A stretch of 64,000 nucleotides of DNA from Flavobacteriaceae bacterium (lineage in GTDB: Bacteria > Bacteroidota > Bacteroidia > Flavobacteriales > Flavobacteriaceae): the NCBI GenBank assembly GCA_018657955.1, contig JABHWD010000020.1, positions 130,891 through 194,890 of the forward strand. Reading direction: 5' to 3'. A program made the position numbers and the translations under genes. The notes beneath the pieces are model-generated. The model had not been told where the DNA came from. It did not search any database and worked only from the letters and a program-made list of their open reading frames with translations. Positions 1 to 9,656 of this stretch are shown here, piece by piece; the stretch's first letter is position 1, and every line of letters starts with the position of its first letter.

Positions 1-186
1 TCTAAAACTAATTTGTTTGATGATAATTTGGTTATTGGAAATATTGTAAGTCATGTGAGATTTGGAAAAGGAAAAGTGTTGAAATTAGAAGGAAAAGGAA
101 ATGATATTAGGGCTAAAATTAATTTTGAAAAAGGAGGGATTAAAAAACTACTATTAAGGTTTGCAAAACTTAAAATTATCTCATAA
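1..186 (+). CDS. UvrD/PcrA/Rep-family DNA helicase, C-terminal end only (gene starts upstream of the window)
   Basis: Frame 1 is open from the window edge to TAA at 184-186. The tail ...NIVSHVRFGKGKVLKLEGKGNDIRAKINFEKGGIKKLLLRFAKLKIIS resembles the conserved H-x-x-FG-x-G-x-V ... F-x-x-G-x-K-x-L C-terminal module of UvrD-like helicases. A hairpin terminator follows. Confidence 0.5.
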   Translation, partial: SKTNLFDDNLVIGNIVSHVRFGKGKVLKLEGKGNDIRAKINFEKGGIKKLLLRFAKLKIIS

Positions 187-191
187 AAAAA

Positions 192-211
192 CCCAATCTT
201 TTAGGATTGGG
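192..211. terminator. Bidirectional rho-independent terminator hairpin between convergent genes
   Basis: cccaatc (192-198) pairs perfectly with gattggg (205-211) around a 6-nt loop. An A-run (185-191) lies upstream and a T-run (212-217) downstream, so it can act on both strands. Confidence 0.6.
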
Positions 212-232
212 TTTTTTATCGTTTATTATCTA

Positions 233-1090
233 TTAACTCCCTGAAGTTAAATTTTTCATCTCTTTCTCAATCATATCATAGAATTGATCAATTTTTGGCA
301 TAATTACAATTCTAGTTCTTCTGTTAATTGCTCTATTTTCTGCAGTATCATTTTCTACAAGAGGATCAAAATAGCTTCTTCCAGCTGCAATTAGTTTACC
401 AGGATTAACATCTAGTTCTTGCAGAACTCTTACTATAGATGTTGCTCTTTTAACACTTAAATCCCAATTATCCAATAAAACGCCACCTTCATATGATCTA
501 CTATCTGTATGGCCTTCAACCATACATTCAAAGTCAGGTTTACCATTTACAACTACGGCTACTTTAGCTAAAATCTCTTTAGCTCTTTCAGATACTATAT
601 AACTTCCAGTTTTAAATAGAAGTTTGTCTGATAGTGAAATAAAAACAACTCCTTTCTCAACATTAACTTCTATGTCAGGATCGTTTATTCCTATTTCTTT
701 CTTTAGACTAGTTACAATTGCTAGTGTTACACTATCTTTTCTAGTGAGAGCATCTTGCAATCTTGTAATTTTAAGATCTTTCTCTTGCATGCTTTCTAAA
801 GACTTTTCAAGATTGTCTGCACTTTTTGACGTAAGTTCAAGATAATCTTTAGATTGAATAAACAATTGATCATTCCTTCTTCTTAAATCATCTCCCCTTT
901 CTTTATAAGCAACAACAAGCGTTTCTGCTGAACTTTTTTCTTCAAGACAGGAATTCAGCTTAATAGTAGCCGTATTCAATAAATCTTGAGTTTTTTTGTG
1001 TCTGTTCTCTAAAGAAGTGTATTCTTTTTTAGAAACACAAGAAGACATTATAAATAATGCTCCTAAACATAATAAAAGTGTTTTTTTCAT
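233..1090 (-). CDS. OmpA/MotB-family lipoprotein (coiled-coil N-terminal half, OmpA-like peptidoglycan-binding C-terminal domain)
   Basis: Signal peptide with lipobox ...IMSSC. The C-terminus reads VEGHTDSRSY...NWDLSVKRATSIVRVL...AAGRSYFDPL...NRAINRRTRIVIMP, typical of the OmpA_C domain. Confidence 0.8.
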   Translation of the reverse strand: MKKTLLLCLGALFIMSSCVSKKEYTSLENRHKKTQDLLNTATIKLNSCLEEKSSAETLVVAYKERGDDLRRRNDQLFIQSKDYLELTSKSADNLEKSLESMQEKDLKITRLQDALTRKDSVTLAIVTSLKKEIGINDPDIEVNVEKGVVFISLSDKLLFKTGSYIVSERAKEILAKVAVVVNGKPDFECMVEGHTDSRSYEGGVLLDNWDLSVKRATSIVRVLQELDVNPGKLIAAGRSYFDPLVENDTAENRAINRRTRIVIMPKIDQFYDMIEKEMKNLTSGS

Positions 1091-1147
1091 TTGTAAAATT
1101 TTAATTTTAATAATCTTTTGTAAAAGTAAAAAAAAGATAAATTTTAA

Positions 1148-2134
1148 TTATACTTTTTTCAATCTTTTTAACCCTAAGAAATAAAAAATGATGGAATAGG
1201 TATTATAATGAATAATTTCTCTATTTAGATTTTTTCTTAGAATCATTAATTGTCTTAATTTGTTATAAAACGAAATATAAGCCCTAAATATTGCTAAAGC
1301 ATGTTTTATTCCTTTGGTTAATAGAAAGAAAATAGATATTATTAAATCAATAAAAAATTTAAAAAATAATAATAAAAATAAGTTTTCTTTACAATTTTTT
1401 GTTAGTGTGTATAACTGATTTCTAAAATTGAAATACGTTTTTTTTGGATCACTTGCGTTAAGAGTTCCTGCATTTAAATGATAAACTATAGATTCATAGT
1501 GGTATTTTATGTGATATCCTAAATTCTGGGTTCTCCAGCATAAATCGATTTCCTCCATATGAGCCCAATAATTTTCATCAAAACCATTAACTAATTCAAA
1601 AATTTCTTTTCTAATAAAAAAACAAGCTCCACAAGCCCAAAATATTTTTGAAATGTCATCATATTGACCATCATCACTCTCGATATTATCATATATCCTT
1701 CCTCTACAATATGGATATCCAAATTTATCTAAGAATCCCCCGGCAGCGCCAGCATAATCAAACATTTTTCTATTATTATAATCTAGAAGTTTAGGTTGAA
1801 TTATTGCTGTATTTTTCTCTGATTTGAAAAGCTTAATTATTGGATCAATCCAATTAGATGTTACTTCAACATCATTATTTAAAAGGCAAATTATATCAGC
1901 ATTAATTTTTTTAATTCCTAGATTATACCCTTTAGCAAAACCATAATTATCGTCTAGGTTAATAATTTTTACTGAAGGAAAATTAGTTTTTATAAAATTT
2001 ACTGAATTATCAGTTGAGCCATTATCAATAATATATATATCAACGTTATTAGGAGTATTTTTAATAACTGATGGCAAGAATTTATTTAATAGACTAAATC
2101 CATTCCAATTTAATATTGCTACTGCTGTTTTCAT
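1148..2134 (-). CDS. Family 2 glycosyltransferase with C-terminal membrane segment
   Basis: The N-terminus AILNWNG...IIDNGSTDNS...NYGFAKGYNLG...LLNNDVEV is the GT2 (GT-A fold) signature. The hydrophobic tail is LFLLLFFKFFIDLIISIFFLL. Confidence 0.8.
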   Translation of the reverse strand: MKTAVAILNWNGFSLLNKFLPSVIKNTPNNVDIYIIDNGSTDNSVNFIKTNFPSVKIINLDDNYGFAKGYNLGIKKINADIICLLNNDVEVTSNWIDPIIKLFKSEKNTAIIQPKLLDYNNRKMFDYAGAAGGFLDKFGYPYCRGRIYDNIESDDGQYDDISKIFWACGACFFIRKEIFELVNGFDENYWAHMEEIDLCWRTQNLGYHIKYHYESIVYHLNAGTLNASDPKKTYFNFRNQLYTLTKNCKENLFLLLFFKFFIDLIISIFFLLTKGIKHALAIFRAYISFYNKLRQLMILRKNLNREIIHYNTYSIIFYFLGLKRLKKV

Positions 2135-2574
2135 TTATATTTTGGAAAATCTTTTACAAACTTAAAACATTGGTTAGAATAATCTATGCTGCAATAGTAG
2201 TTAAATAAGCCATTAGTTACCATCAAAAAATCAGCATTAATTTGAGAGTTATAGATAGATATTTGATTAAATGTTTTCTGATTTATTGTGATATTTGGAG
2301 ATTTACACTCAACTAATAAGAAAACATCTCCATTATTTTTGAAAACTACGATATCATATCTCTTTGTTAAATTATTTATTTTTATTTTTTTTTCTACGTT
2401 TATAAGTTCTCTAGAAATTCTTTGTTCATTAATTAAATATTTAACACAATTTTGTCTCACCCATTCTTCTGGAGTTAATAGAATAAATTTTTTACGAATG
2501 TCATCAAAAATATATTTCTTGTTATGTTTGTTTTTGATTCTAAATTCATAATTTGGGAAGCACAAATCTATCAT
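2131..2574 (-). CDS. Small HsdR_N-like (PD-(D/E)xK nuclease fold) domain protein
   Basis: 147 aa. It carries PEEWVRQ and RYDIVVFKNNGDVFLLVECKSP (a D...E-x-K motif), as in the type I restriction enzyme HsdR N-terminal domain-only proteins common in Bacteroidota. Its stop overlaps the downstream GT2 start (ATGA at 2131-2134). Confidence 0.6.
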   Translation of the reverse strand: MIDLCFPNYEFRIKNKHNKKYIFDDIRKKFILLTPEEWVRQNCVKYLINEQRISRELINVEKKIKINNLTKRYDIVVFKNNGDVFLLVECKSPNITINQKTFNQISIYNSQINADFLMVTNGLFNYYCSIDYSNQCFKFVKDFPKYK

Positions 2575-2596
2575 ATTTCAAATTTCGTATTTTTTA

Positions 2597-3601
2597 ATGA
2601 ATTTATTCAAGCAAATAGAAAATGATATTAAATCCAAGAAGTTCTCACCTATATATTTGCTCATGGGAGAGGAGGAATTTTATATTGACTATTTAACAGG
2701 TTTAATTACTGAAAATTCTATTTCTAAATCTGAAAAAGAATTTAATTATAATGTTTTATATGGTAAAGAAACAAATATTGATGAAATAATATCAATATGC
2801 AAGAAGTTCCCTTTGATGTCAAATTATCAAGTTGTTATTTTAAAGGAAGCCCAAGATTTATCTAGAACTATTGATCAATTAACTAATTATGCTAATAATT
2901 CCTTAGAATCAACAATTCTTATAATAAACTATAAGCACAAATCATTAGATAAAAGAAAAGGTTTATACAAATCAATAGCAAAAAACGGAGTTGTATTTGA
3001 GAGTAAGAGACTTTACGAAAATCAAGTTCAACAATGGATCGCAGATCAATTAAGTAACAAAAATATAAAGATATCAAATAAGGCTGTTGCTATGATTGTA
3101 GATTTTTTAGGAACAGATTTAAACAAAATTAATAATGAACTATCTAAGCTCATTCAATCAAAAAAAGATTTAAAAGAAATATCTGAAGATGAAATTGAAA
3201 AATATATTGGTATATCTAAAAAATACAACAATTTCGAATTAAGAAATGCAATTAGTGAAAAAAGTATGTTTAAGGCATTTCAAATAGCAGATTATTTTGC
3301 AAAAAACCCTAATTCTAACCCCTTGGTAGTTACAATATCAATGGTTTTTGATTTCTTTTCAAAATTATTACTCTATCATGCAAATGATAACTTGCCTGAT
3401 TCAAAAAAAGCTTCCATTATGAAAATAAATCCATACTTTATAAAGGAATATAATAGGGCTTCAAAAAACTACTCAATCAAAAAAGTTACTCAAGTTATTT
3501 CTGTAATTAGGGAATATGATCTGAAAAGCAAGGGGAGCGGGGTAAAAAATACATCTCATTTGGACTTACTAAAGGAAATGATTGTTAGAATAGTTTCCTA
3601 G
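2597..3601 (+). CDS. holA: DNA polymerase III subunit delta
   Basis: 334 aa. The N-terminus PIYLLMGEEEFYIDYL... and the overall length and layout are typical of HolA. Confidence 0.75.
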   Translation: MNLFKQIENDIKSKKFSPIYLLMGEEEFYIDYLTGLITENSISKSEKEFNYNVLYGKETNIDEIISICKKFPLMSNYQVVILKEAQDLSRTIDQLTNYANNSLESTILIINYKHKSLDKRKGLYKSIAKNGVVFESKRLYENQVQQWIADQLSNKNIKISNKAVAMIVDFLGTDLNKINNELSKLIQSKKDLKEISEDEIEKYIGISKKYNNFELRNAISEKSMFKAFQIADYFAKNPNSNPLVVTISMVFDFFSKLLLYHANDNLPDSKKASIMKINPYFIKEYNRASKNYSIKKVTQVISVIREYDLKSKGSGVKNTSHLDLLKEMIVRIVS

Positions 3602-6006
3602 AATTTTTTTGGGAATTTATTTGGACTTGATTCATGCATTATATTATATGAAACATCAAAAATATCGTCCATTGATGGTTTTGAAAAATAATCGCCATCA
3701 GACCCATATGCTGGTCTATGATTTTTTGCAGTTAACAGTTTTGGGTTACTGTCTAAATAATTATATATATTTTGATTAGAAATTAATTCATTTAAAATAT
3801 ATGCACTAGCACCACCTGAAAAATCTTCATCTACAATTAATAATCGATTAGTTTTTTCTATGCTTTTTGCGATATCATGATTTAAGTCAAAAGGGATTAG
3901 AGATTGACAATCAATAATTTCAACTTTTATATTAAATTTATTTAGCTCTTGCGCGGCTTTTTCAACTAATTCTATAGAGGATCCATAAGAAACAATTGTA
4001 ATGTCAGAGCCTTCTAATATTAGATCTACCTTCCCAATAGGAGTCTTAAAATCACCAAGGTTATCTGGAAGTTTCTCTTTTGATCTATATTTATTTAGAC
4101 ATTCAATAACTAATGCTGGTTGATCACCTTCTAAAAGAGTGTTGTAAAAACCTGCGGCCTTAGTCATATTTCTAGGAACAAGCACATAAATACCTCTAAT
4201 GAAATTAATAATACCTCCCATTGGAGATCCAGAGTGCCAAATACCTTCTAATCTATGCCCTCTAGTTCTAATAATTAATGGCGCCTTTTGTTTACCTCTA
4301 GTCCTATAATGTAAAGTTGCTAAATCATCACTTATTATTTGAATTGCATAGAGCAAATAATCCAGGTATTGTATTTCAGCAATTGGTCTTAACCCTCTTA
4401 AAGCTAAACCTATTCCTTGTCCAATAATTGTAGCTTCTCTAATTCCTGTATCAAAAACACGAGTCTCTCCATATTTTTCTTGAAGTCCCTCAAGGCCTTG
4501 ATTAACACCTCCAATTTTACCAGAGTCTTGACCAAAGATTAAAACATTATCATATTTTTTTAGAATAGCATCAAAATTTTCTCTTATTACAATCCTGCCA
4601 TCTTCAATTTTAGATTCCTCATGATAAATTGGGCTAACCTCACTTATTCTAATAGGATTAAATTTAGATTCGCTGTATAGATGAGAACTATAATCAATTT
4701 GTGTTTTTGATTTAATATCTTCTAGCCATTCACTTAATATTTCTTTTTTCGGAGATTTTAATCGTATTAATTCTCTTAATATTTTTCTTGTATTTGAAAA
4801 AAAGTCTCTTTTTAATGGTTCTTTAATTGAATTTAAACCATTTACTATTTGAGCTATATTTGGATCAATTGAATTATTGAAAATAATCTTAATTTGATCT
4901 GTTAAATTTTCTATATTCTTTTTTGTCTCAGACATTGATAAAGATTTAGCTTTTTTTGCAGCCTCTCTTACCTCTTTTTTAACTGATTCTTCAATATGCT
5001 TTAAATCTTTCTCATTACTTATTTGATTAATAATTATCCATTCTCTCATTTTAGAATTACAGTCAAACTCACTTTCCCATTCTAATCTTTCTTTAGATTT
5101 ATATCTCTCATGTGATCCTGAAGTTGAATGCCCGAGTGGCTGAGTTAGCTCTTTTACATGAACTAAAACAGGCACATGATTACTACGAGATATTTCTTCA
5201 GCTCTTTGGTATGTTGTTATTAAGCTAGGATAATCCCATCCCATTACTTTGATTATTTCGTACCCTTTATTTTTCTCATCTCTTTGAAAACCACTTAAAA
5301 CTTCAGAAATATCCCCTTTAGTTGTTTGATATTTTGAAGGAACAGATATGCCATAATTATCATCCCATACACTAATAATCACAGGTACTTGAAGAACACC
5401 CGCTGCATTTATTGTTTCAAAGAAAAGCCCTTCACTTGTTGCAGAATCACCTATAGTCCCCCAAGCAACTTCATTCCCCTTATTAGAGAACTTATTTGAA
5501 TTTATAGTATCATTTTCTCTATATATCTTAGAAGCAAGACCTAGGCCTAGAAGTCTAGGCATTTGACTTCCTGTTGGAGATAGATCTGCACTTGAGTTTT
5601 TTTGCAATGTCAAGTCTTTCCAATTATACTTATCATCTAGACTATGTGTTGCAAATGAGCTGTTCATTTGCCTACCAGCACTCATTGGATCAAATTTAAT
5701 ATCAGTGTGTGCATATAATGCAGAGAAATATTGTAAAGGAGTTAATTTGCCAATTGCCATCATAAAAGTCTGGTCTCTGTAATAACCTGATCTAAAGTCT
5801 CCATCTCTAAATGATTTAGCCATAGCTATTTGTGGGACTTCTTTTCCGTCACCAAAAATTCCAAAAGTTGCTTTGCCATTTAAAACCTCTCGTCTTCCTA
5901 AAACACTACATTCTCTACTAGTAATAGCAATTTTATAATCATTTAAAATTTCCTTTTTGAAATCTTCGTATGAGAGAGAAATATTTTTTAATGTAGGAGA
6001 TTGCAT
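3598..6006 (-). CDS. Fused alpha/beta E1 component of a 2-oxoacid dehydrogenase (TPP-dependent)
   Basis: 802 aa. The N-terminal half has an E1-alpha-like TPP-binding region (GTIGDSATSEGLFFETINAAGV...PVIISVWDDNYGISVP). The C-terminal half is transketolase-like E1-beta (VFDTGIREATIIGQGIGLALRGLRPIAEIQYLDYL...). Confidence 0.8.
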   Translation of the reverse strand: MQSPTLKNISLSYEDFKKEILNDYKIAITSRECSVLGRREVLNGKATFGIFGDGKEVPQIAMAKSFRDGDFRSGYYRDQTFMMAIGKLTPLQYFSALYAHTDIKFDPMSAGRQMNSSFATHSLDDKYNWKDLTLQKNSSADLSPTGSQMPRLLGLGLASKIYRENDTINSNKFSNKGNEVAWGTIGDSATSEGLFFETINAAGVLQVPVIISVWDDNYGISVPSKYQTTKGDISEVLSGFQRDEKNKGYEIIKVMGWDYPSLITTYQRAEEISRSNHVPVLVHVKELTQPLGHSTSGSHERYKSKERLEWESEFDCNSKMREWIIINQISNEKDLKHIEESVKKEVREAAKKAKSLSMSETKKNIENLTDQIKIIFNNSIDPNIAQIVNGLNSIKEPLKRDFFSNTRKILRELIRLKSPKKEILSEWLEDIKSKTQIDYSSHLYSESKFNPIRISEVSPIYHEESKIEDGRIVIRENFDAILKKYDNVLIFGQDSGKIGGVNQGLEGLQEKYGETRVFDTGIREATIIGQGIGLALRGLRPIAEIQYLDYLLYAIQIISDDLATLHYRTRGKQKAPLIIRTRGHRLEGIWHSGSPMGGIINFIRGIYVLVPRNMTKAAGFYNTLLEGDQPALVIECLNKYRSKEKLPDNLGDFKTPIGKVDLILEGSDITIVSYGSSIELVEKAAQELNKFNIKVEIIDCQSLIPFDLNHDIAKSIEKTNRLLIVDEDFSGGASAYILNELISNQNIYNYLDSNPKLLTAKNHRPAYGSDGDYFSKPSMDDIFDVSYNIMHESSPNKFPKKF

Positions 6007-6091
6007 TAATAAAAATTAACAGGCTGCAAGATAAATAAACTAACGACTATATGCAATTATGATTTCAATGAATAACTATATTTTAAATTAA

Positions 6092-6784
6092 TTAGAAGTT
6101 TGGACTTAGGCCATAATCGTTATGGAATGTTTCAAGTATTTTAATAACTTCTTCTTTTTTATCGACAACATGGAAAACACATAAATCTGCATTAGATACT
6201 GTTTTATTAGTTTTCAATAAAGTTCCCTTAATCCAATCTATTAGTCCAGACCAAAAACTGCTTCCAACAAGAATGATAGGAAATTTTTCAATTTTCATTG
6301 TTTGAATTAATGTGATTGCTTCAAACAACTCATCTAGAGTTCCAAATCCTCCTGGCATAACAACAAAGCCTTGTGCATATTTCATAAACATAACTTTTCT
6401 CACGAAAAAATAATCAAACTCTATTTTTTTATCTTGATCTATGTAGATATTATCGCCTTCTTTTTTCTCAAAAGGAAGATCTATACAAAGGCCTATAGAT
6501 CTTCCTTTAGCTTCTTTTGCACCTTTATTTGCTGCCTCCATAATTCCTGGACCACCTCCAGTGATTACACCATAACCGCTCTCTACAATACTTGAAGCTA
6601 TTTCTTTAGCTAGTAAATAATATTTATCGTCTTTACTAGTTCTAGCTGAACCAAATATAGATATTGAAGGTCCTATTTGACTCATTTTTTCATATCCATT
6701 AACAAATTCGCCCATAATTTTAAAAATTGACCATGAGTCATTAGTTTTTATTTCGTTCCAGCTTTTAGGATTTTTCTTATTCAT
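6092..6784 (-). CDS. LOG family / TIGR00730 Rossmann-fold nucleotide-binding protein (lysine-decarboxylase-like)
   Basis: Motifs GGGPGIMEAANKGA and MPGGFGTLDELFE are diagnostic of the LOG family. Confidence 0.85.
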   Translation of the reverse strand: MNKKNPKSWNEIKTNDSWSIFKIMGEFVNGYEKMSQIGPSISIFGSARTSKDDKYYLLAKEIASSIVESGYGVITGGGPGIMEAANKGAKEAKGRSIGLCIDLPFEKKEGDNIYIDQDKKIEFDYFFVRKVMFMKYAQGFVVMPGGFGTLDELFEAITLIQTMKIEKFPIILVGSSFWSGLIDWIKGTLLKTNKTVSNADLCVFHVVDKKEEVIKILETFHNDYGLSPNF

Positions 6785-6802
6785 AATAATAATTTTTAAT
6801 AT

Positions 6803-9634
6803 TTAGTTTAATTCTTTTTTTAGGAAAATAGCTGTATGATTGGTTTCATCTAATAACATTTTTTCTGGTGTCCCTTCAAAAATAATATTACCTCCTTTAT
6901 TACCCCCTTCAGGACCAATATCAATTATATGATCTACAGTTTTAATAACGTCCATATTATGTTCTGTAATAAGTACCGTATTCCCCTTATCTACTAATTT
7001 GTTTAAAACATTCATTAAAACCTTGATATCTTCAAAGTGCAAGCCAGTTGTAGGTTCATCTAATATATACAATGTATTTCCAGTATCTCTTTTTGACAAT
7101 TCAGACGCTAATTTAATTCTTTGAGCTTCACCTCCTGACAAGGTAGTGCTTTGTTGTCCTAATGTAATGTATCCAAGACCAACATCTTGTATGGTTTTTA
7201 GTTTTCTGTATATTTTAGGTATATGTTCAAAAAATGCTACAGCAGTATTTATTGTCATATTCAAAATATCATTTATGGACTTCCCTTTATACTTTATTTC
7301 TAGAGTTTCTCTATTGAATCGTTTAGACATACAACTTTCACATTCTACATAAACATCTGGAAGAAAACTCATTTCAATAAGTTTTAAACCACCTCCTCTG
7401 CATTCTTCACAACGTCCTCCCTTAACATTAAAGCTAAAGCGTCCAGGTTTATATCCTCTTATAGCAGATTCGTTAAGTAGTGAAAATAAGATTCTAATTT
7501 CAGAATATACCCCGCAATATGTAGCAGGATTGCTTCTCGGTGTTCGCCCAATAGGACTTTGATTTACACTAACAACTTTATCTATATTATCGATTCCTTT
7601 AATTGATTTATGAGATAATATTTTCTTATTGCCATTATAGAAATAATTGTTTAAAATAGGATATAATGTCTCATTAATTAAACTTGATTTTCCACTTCCT
7701 GAAACTCCAGTAATTCCAATCATTTTATTTAAAGGGAAAGACACATCTATATTCTTTAAATTATTTCCGCTGCATCCATATAGATTTATTGTTTTCCCAT
7801 TTCCTTTTCTTCTTTTATGTGGAATTTCTATAAACTTAATATTATTTAAGTAATCTGAAGTTAATGATTTACTTTTCTTGATTGAGTTTAGATTACCTTC
7901 AAACATAATATTACCCCCTTCTTTTCCTGCTAGAGGGCCAATGTCTATAATATGATCAGCACGAGTTATGATTTCTTTATCATGTTCAACAACAATTACA
8001 GAATTTCCAATATCCCTTAATGCTTCCAAAGACTTGATTAATCTATCATTATCTCTTTGATGTAAACCTATGCTTGGTTCATCTAAAATATATAGAACTC
8101 CTATTAATTGTGATCCAATTTGTGAGGCTAATCTAATTCTCTGACTCTCACCACCAGAAAGAGATTTTGAGGATCTATTAAGTGTTAGATATTCTAACCC
8201 TACATCTGATAAAAACTGTAATCTTTTTATAATTTCTTTAATTATTTCTTCTGAAATAAATTTTTGTGTATCGGAAAGCTTAGGATTTAATTTTTTAAAC
8301 CAACTAATTAGATCAGTTATTTCCATATTAACTAGTTCATTAATATCCTTAGAATTAACTTTGAAACATAAAGATTCTTTTTTAAGTCTTGAACCTTTAC
8401 AGGTTTCACAAATTATTTCATCCATATATTTATTTGCCCATCTCCTCAATGCAATTGATTCTGTGTTCTTATACTGATCTTCAATAAAATTAACTATTCC
8501 TTCAAAGCTTATACTATATTCTCTTGTTATACCTAAAGACTTGCTGTTTATCGTAATTCTATCTTCTATTCCATAGAGAATAGCTTCTAATGCTTTTTTT
8601 GGAATATTTTTTATTGGCTCTCTTAATGAAAAATCATATTTTTTTCCAATCAACTTGATTTGTTTATTGATCCAACTTCCAGATGCTTTATTTATTAATC
8701 GAATTCCCCCTTGATGAATTGACATATTATCATCAGGGATTAATTTTTGTAAGTTTATTTTCTTTAAGTTCCCAATTCCATTACAATTCTTACAAGCTCC
8801 TTTCGGTGAATTAAATGAGAAACTGTTTGGGTCAGGAATTTTGTATGAAACCCCTGTTTCTTCACACATTAAATTTTTACTAAAATATTTTTGATTTTTG
8901 CTGTGTTCATCACAAATTAAAATAGAATTTTCACCGTGATACATTCCCGTAAGTATACTGTCTTTTAATCTGTTAGAGCCCTTACTTAGCTTAGTTAAAT
9001 CTATTCTATCAATTACCATTTCTATATCATGATTCTTATATCTATCTAACATAAGATTATTTGTTAAATCAATGAATTCCCCATCAATTCTAGCTTGAGT
9101 AAACCCTTTTTTAATAATTTGTTGAAAAAGATCTCTATAGTGACCTTTTCTGGCTTTAATTAATGGAGCTAGAAGGTGAATCTTTTTTCCTTCGTACATT
9201 TTCTCAATTAGTTCTTGAACCTGATCATTATTATAACTTACCATTTTCTTGCCAGTATTGTAACTGTATGCTTCTCCTATTTTAGCATACATAAGCCTTA
9301 GAAAAGCATAAATCTCTGTTATAGTTCCTACAGTTGATCTTGGTGAGCGGTTTGTTGTTTTTTGCTCAATTGCAATTACCGGCGAAAGCCCATTAATTTT
9401 ATCCACATCGGGTCTTTCAAGATTAGACAAATATTGTCGTGCATAAGCTGAGAAGGTTTCAATATATCTTCTTTGTCCTTCTGCATAAATTGTATCAAAA
9501 GCCAATGATGATTTTCCACTTCCCGATAGACCAGTTATTACTACTAATTTATTCCTAGGAATGACAAGATCTATATTCTTTAAGTTATGGGATCTAGCCC
9601 CATGAATTTCTATATTTTCTTCAATTTCAAGCAT
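6803..9634 (-). CDS. uvrA: Excinuclease ABC subunit A
   Basis: 943 aa. Two ABC ATPase modules (GLSGSGKSSLAFDTIYAEGQRRY; GVSGSGKSSLINETLYP; LSGGESQRIRLA; LSGGEAQRIKLA) and zinc-finger cysteines. Confidence 0.97.
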   Translation of the reverse strand: MLEIEENIEIHGARSHNLKNIDLVIPRNKLVVITGLSGSGKSSLAFDTIYAEGQRRYIETFSAYARQYLSNLERPDVDKINGLSPVIAIEQKTTNRSPRSTVGTITEIYAFLRLMYAKIGEAYSYNTGKKMVSYNNDQVQELIEKMYEGKKIHLLAPLIKARKGHYRDLFQQIIKKGFTQARIDGEFIDLTNNLMLDRYKNHDIEMVIDRIDLTKLSKGSNRLKDSILTGMYHGENSILICDEHSKNQKYFSKNLMCEETGVSYKIPDPNSFSFNSPKGACKNCNGIGNLKKINLQKLIPDDNMSIHQGGIRLINKASGSWINKQIKLIGKKYDFSLREPIKNIPKKALEAILYGIEDRITINSKSLGITREYSISFEGIVNFIEDQYKNTESIALRRWANKYMDEIICETCKGSRLKKESLCFKVNSKDINELVNMEITDLISWFKKLNPKLSDTQKFISEEIIKEIIKRLQFLSDVGLEYLTLNRSSKSLSGGESQRIRLASQIGSQLIGVLYILDEPSIGLHQRDNDRLIKSLEALRDIGNSVIVVEHDKEIITRADHIIDIGPLAGKEGGNIMFEGNLNSIKKSKSLTSDYLNNIKFIEIPHKRRKGNGKTINLYGCSGNNLKNIDVSFPLNKMIGITGVSGSGKSSLINETLYPILNNYFYNGNKKILSHKSIKGIDNIDKVVSVNQSPIGRTPRSNPATYCGVYSEIRILFSLLNESAIRGYKPGRFSFNVKGGRCEECRGGGLKLIEMSFLPDVYVECESCMSKRFNRETLEIKYKGKSINDILNMTINTAVAFFEHIPKIYRKLKTIQDVGLGYITLGQQSTTLSGGEAQRIKLASELSKRDTGNTLYILDEPTTGLHFEDIKVLMNVLNKLVDKGNTVLITEHNMDVIKTVDHIIDIGPEGGNKGGNIIFEGTPEKMLLDETNHTAIFLKKELN

Positions 9635-9656
9635 TCCGTATTTAATATATAGGTTT

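Noticed and set aside
3598-3601. Palindromic CTAG shared by the holA and E1 stop codons
   Set aside because: It is a trivial consequence of two TAG stops overlapping on opposite strands. It is noted only as part of the compact-junction observation.
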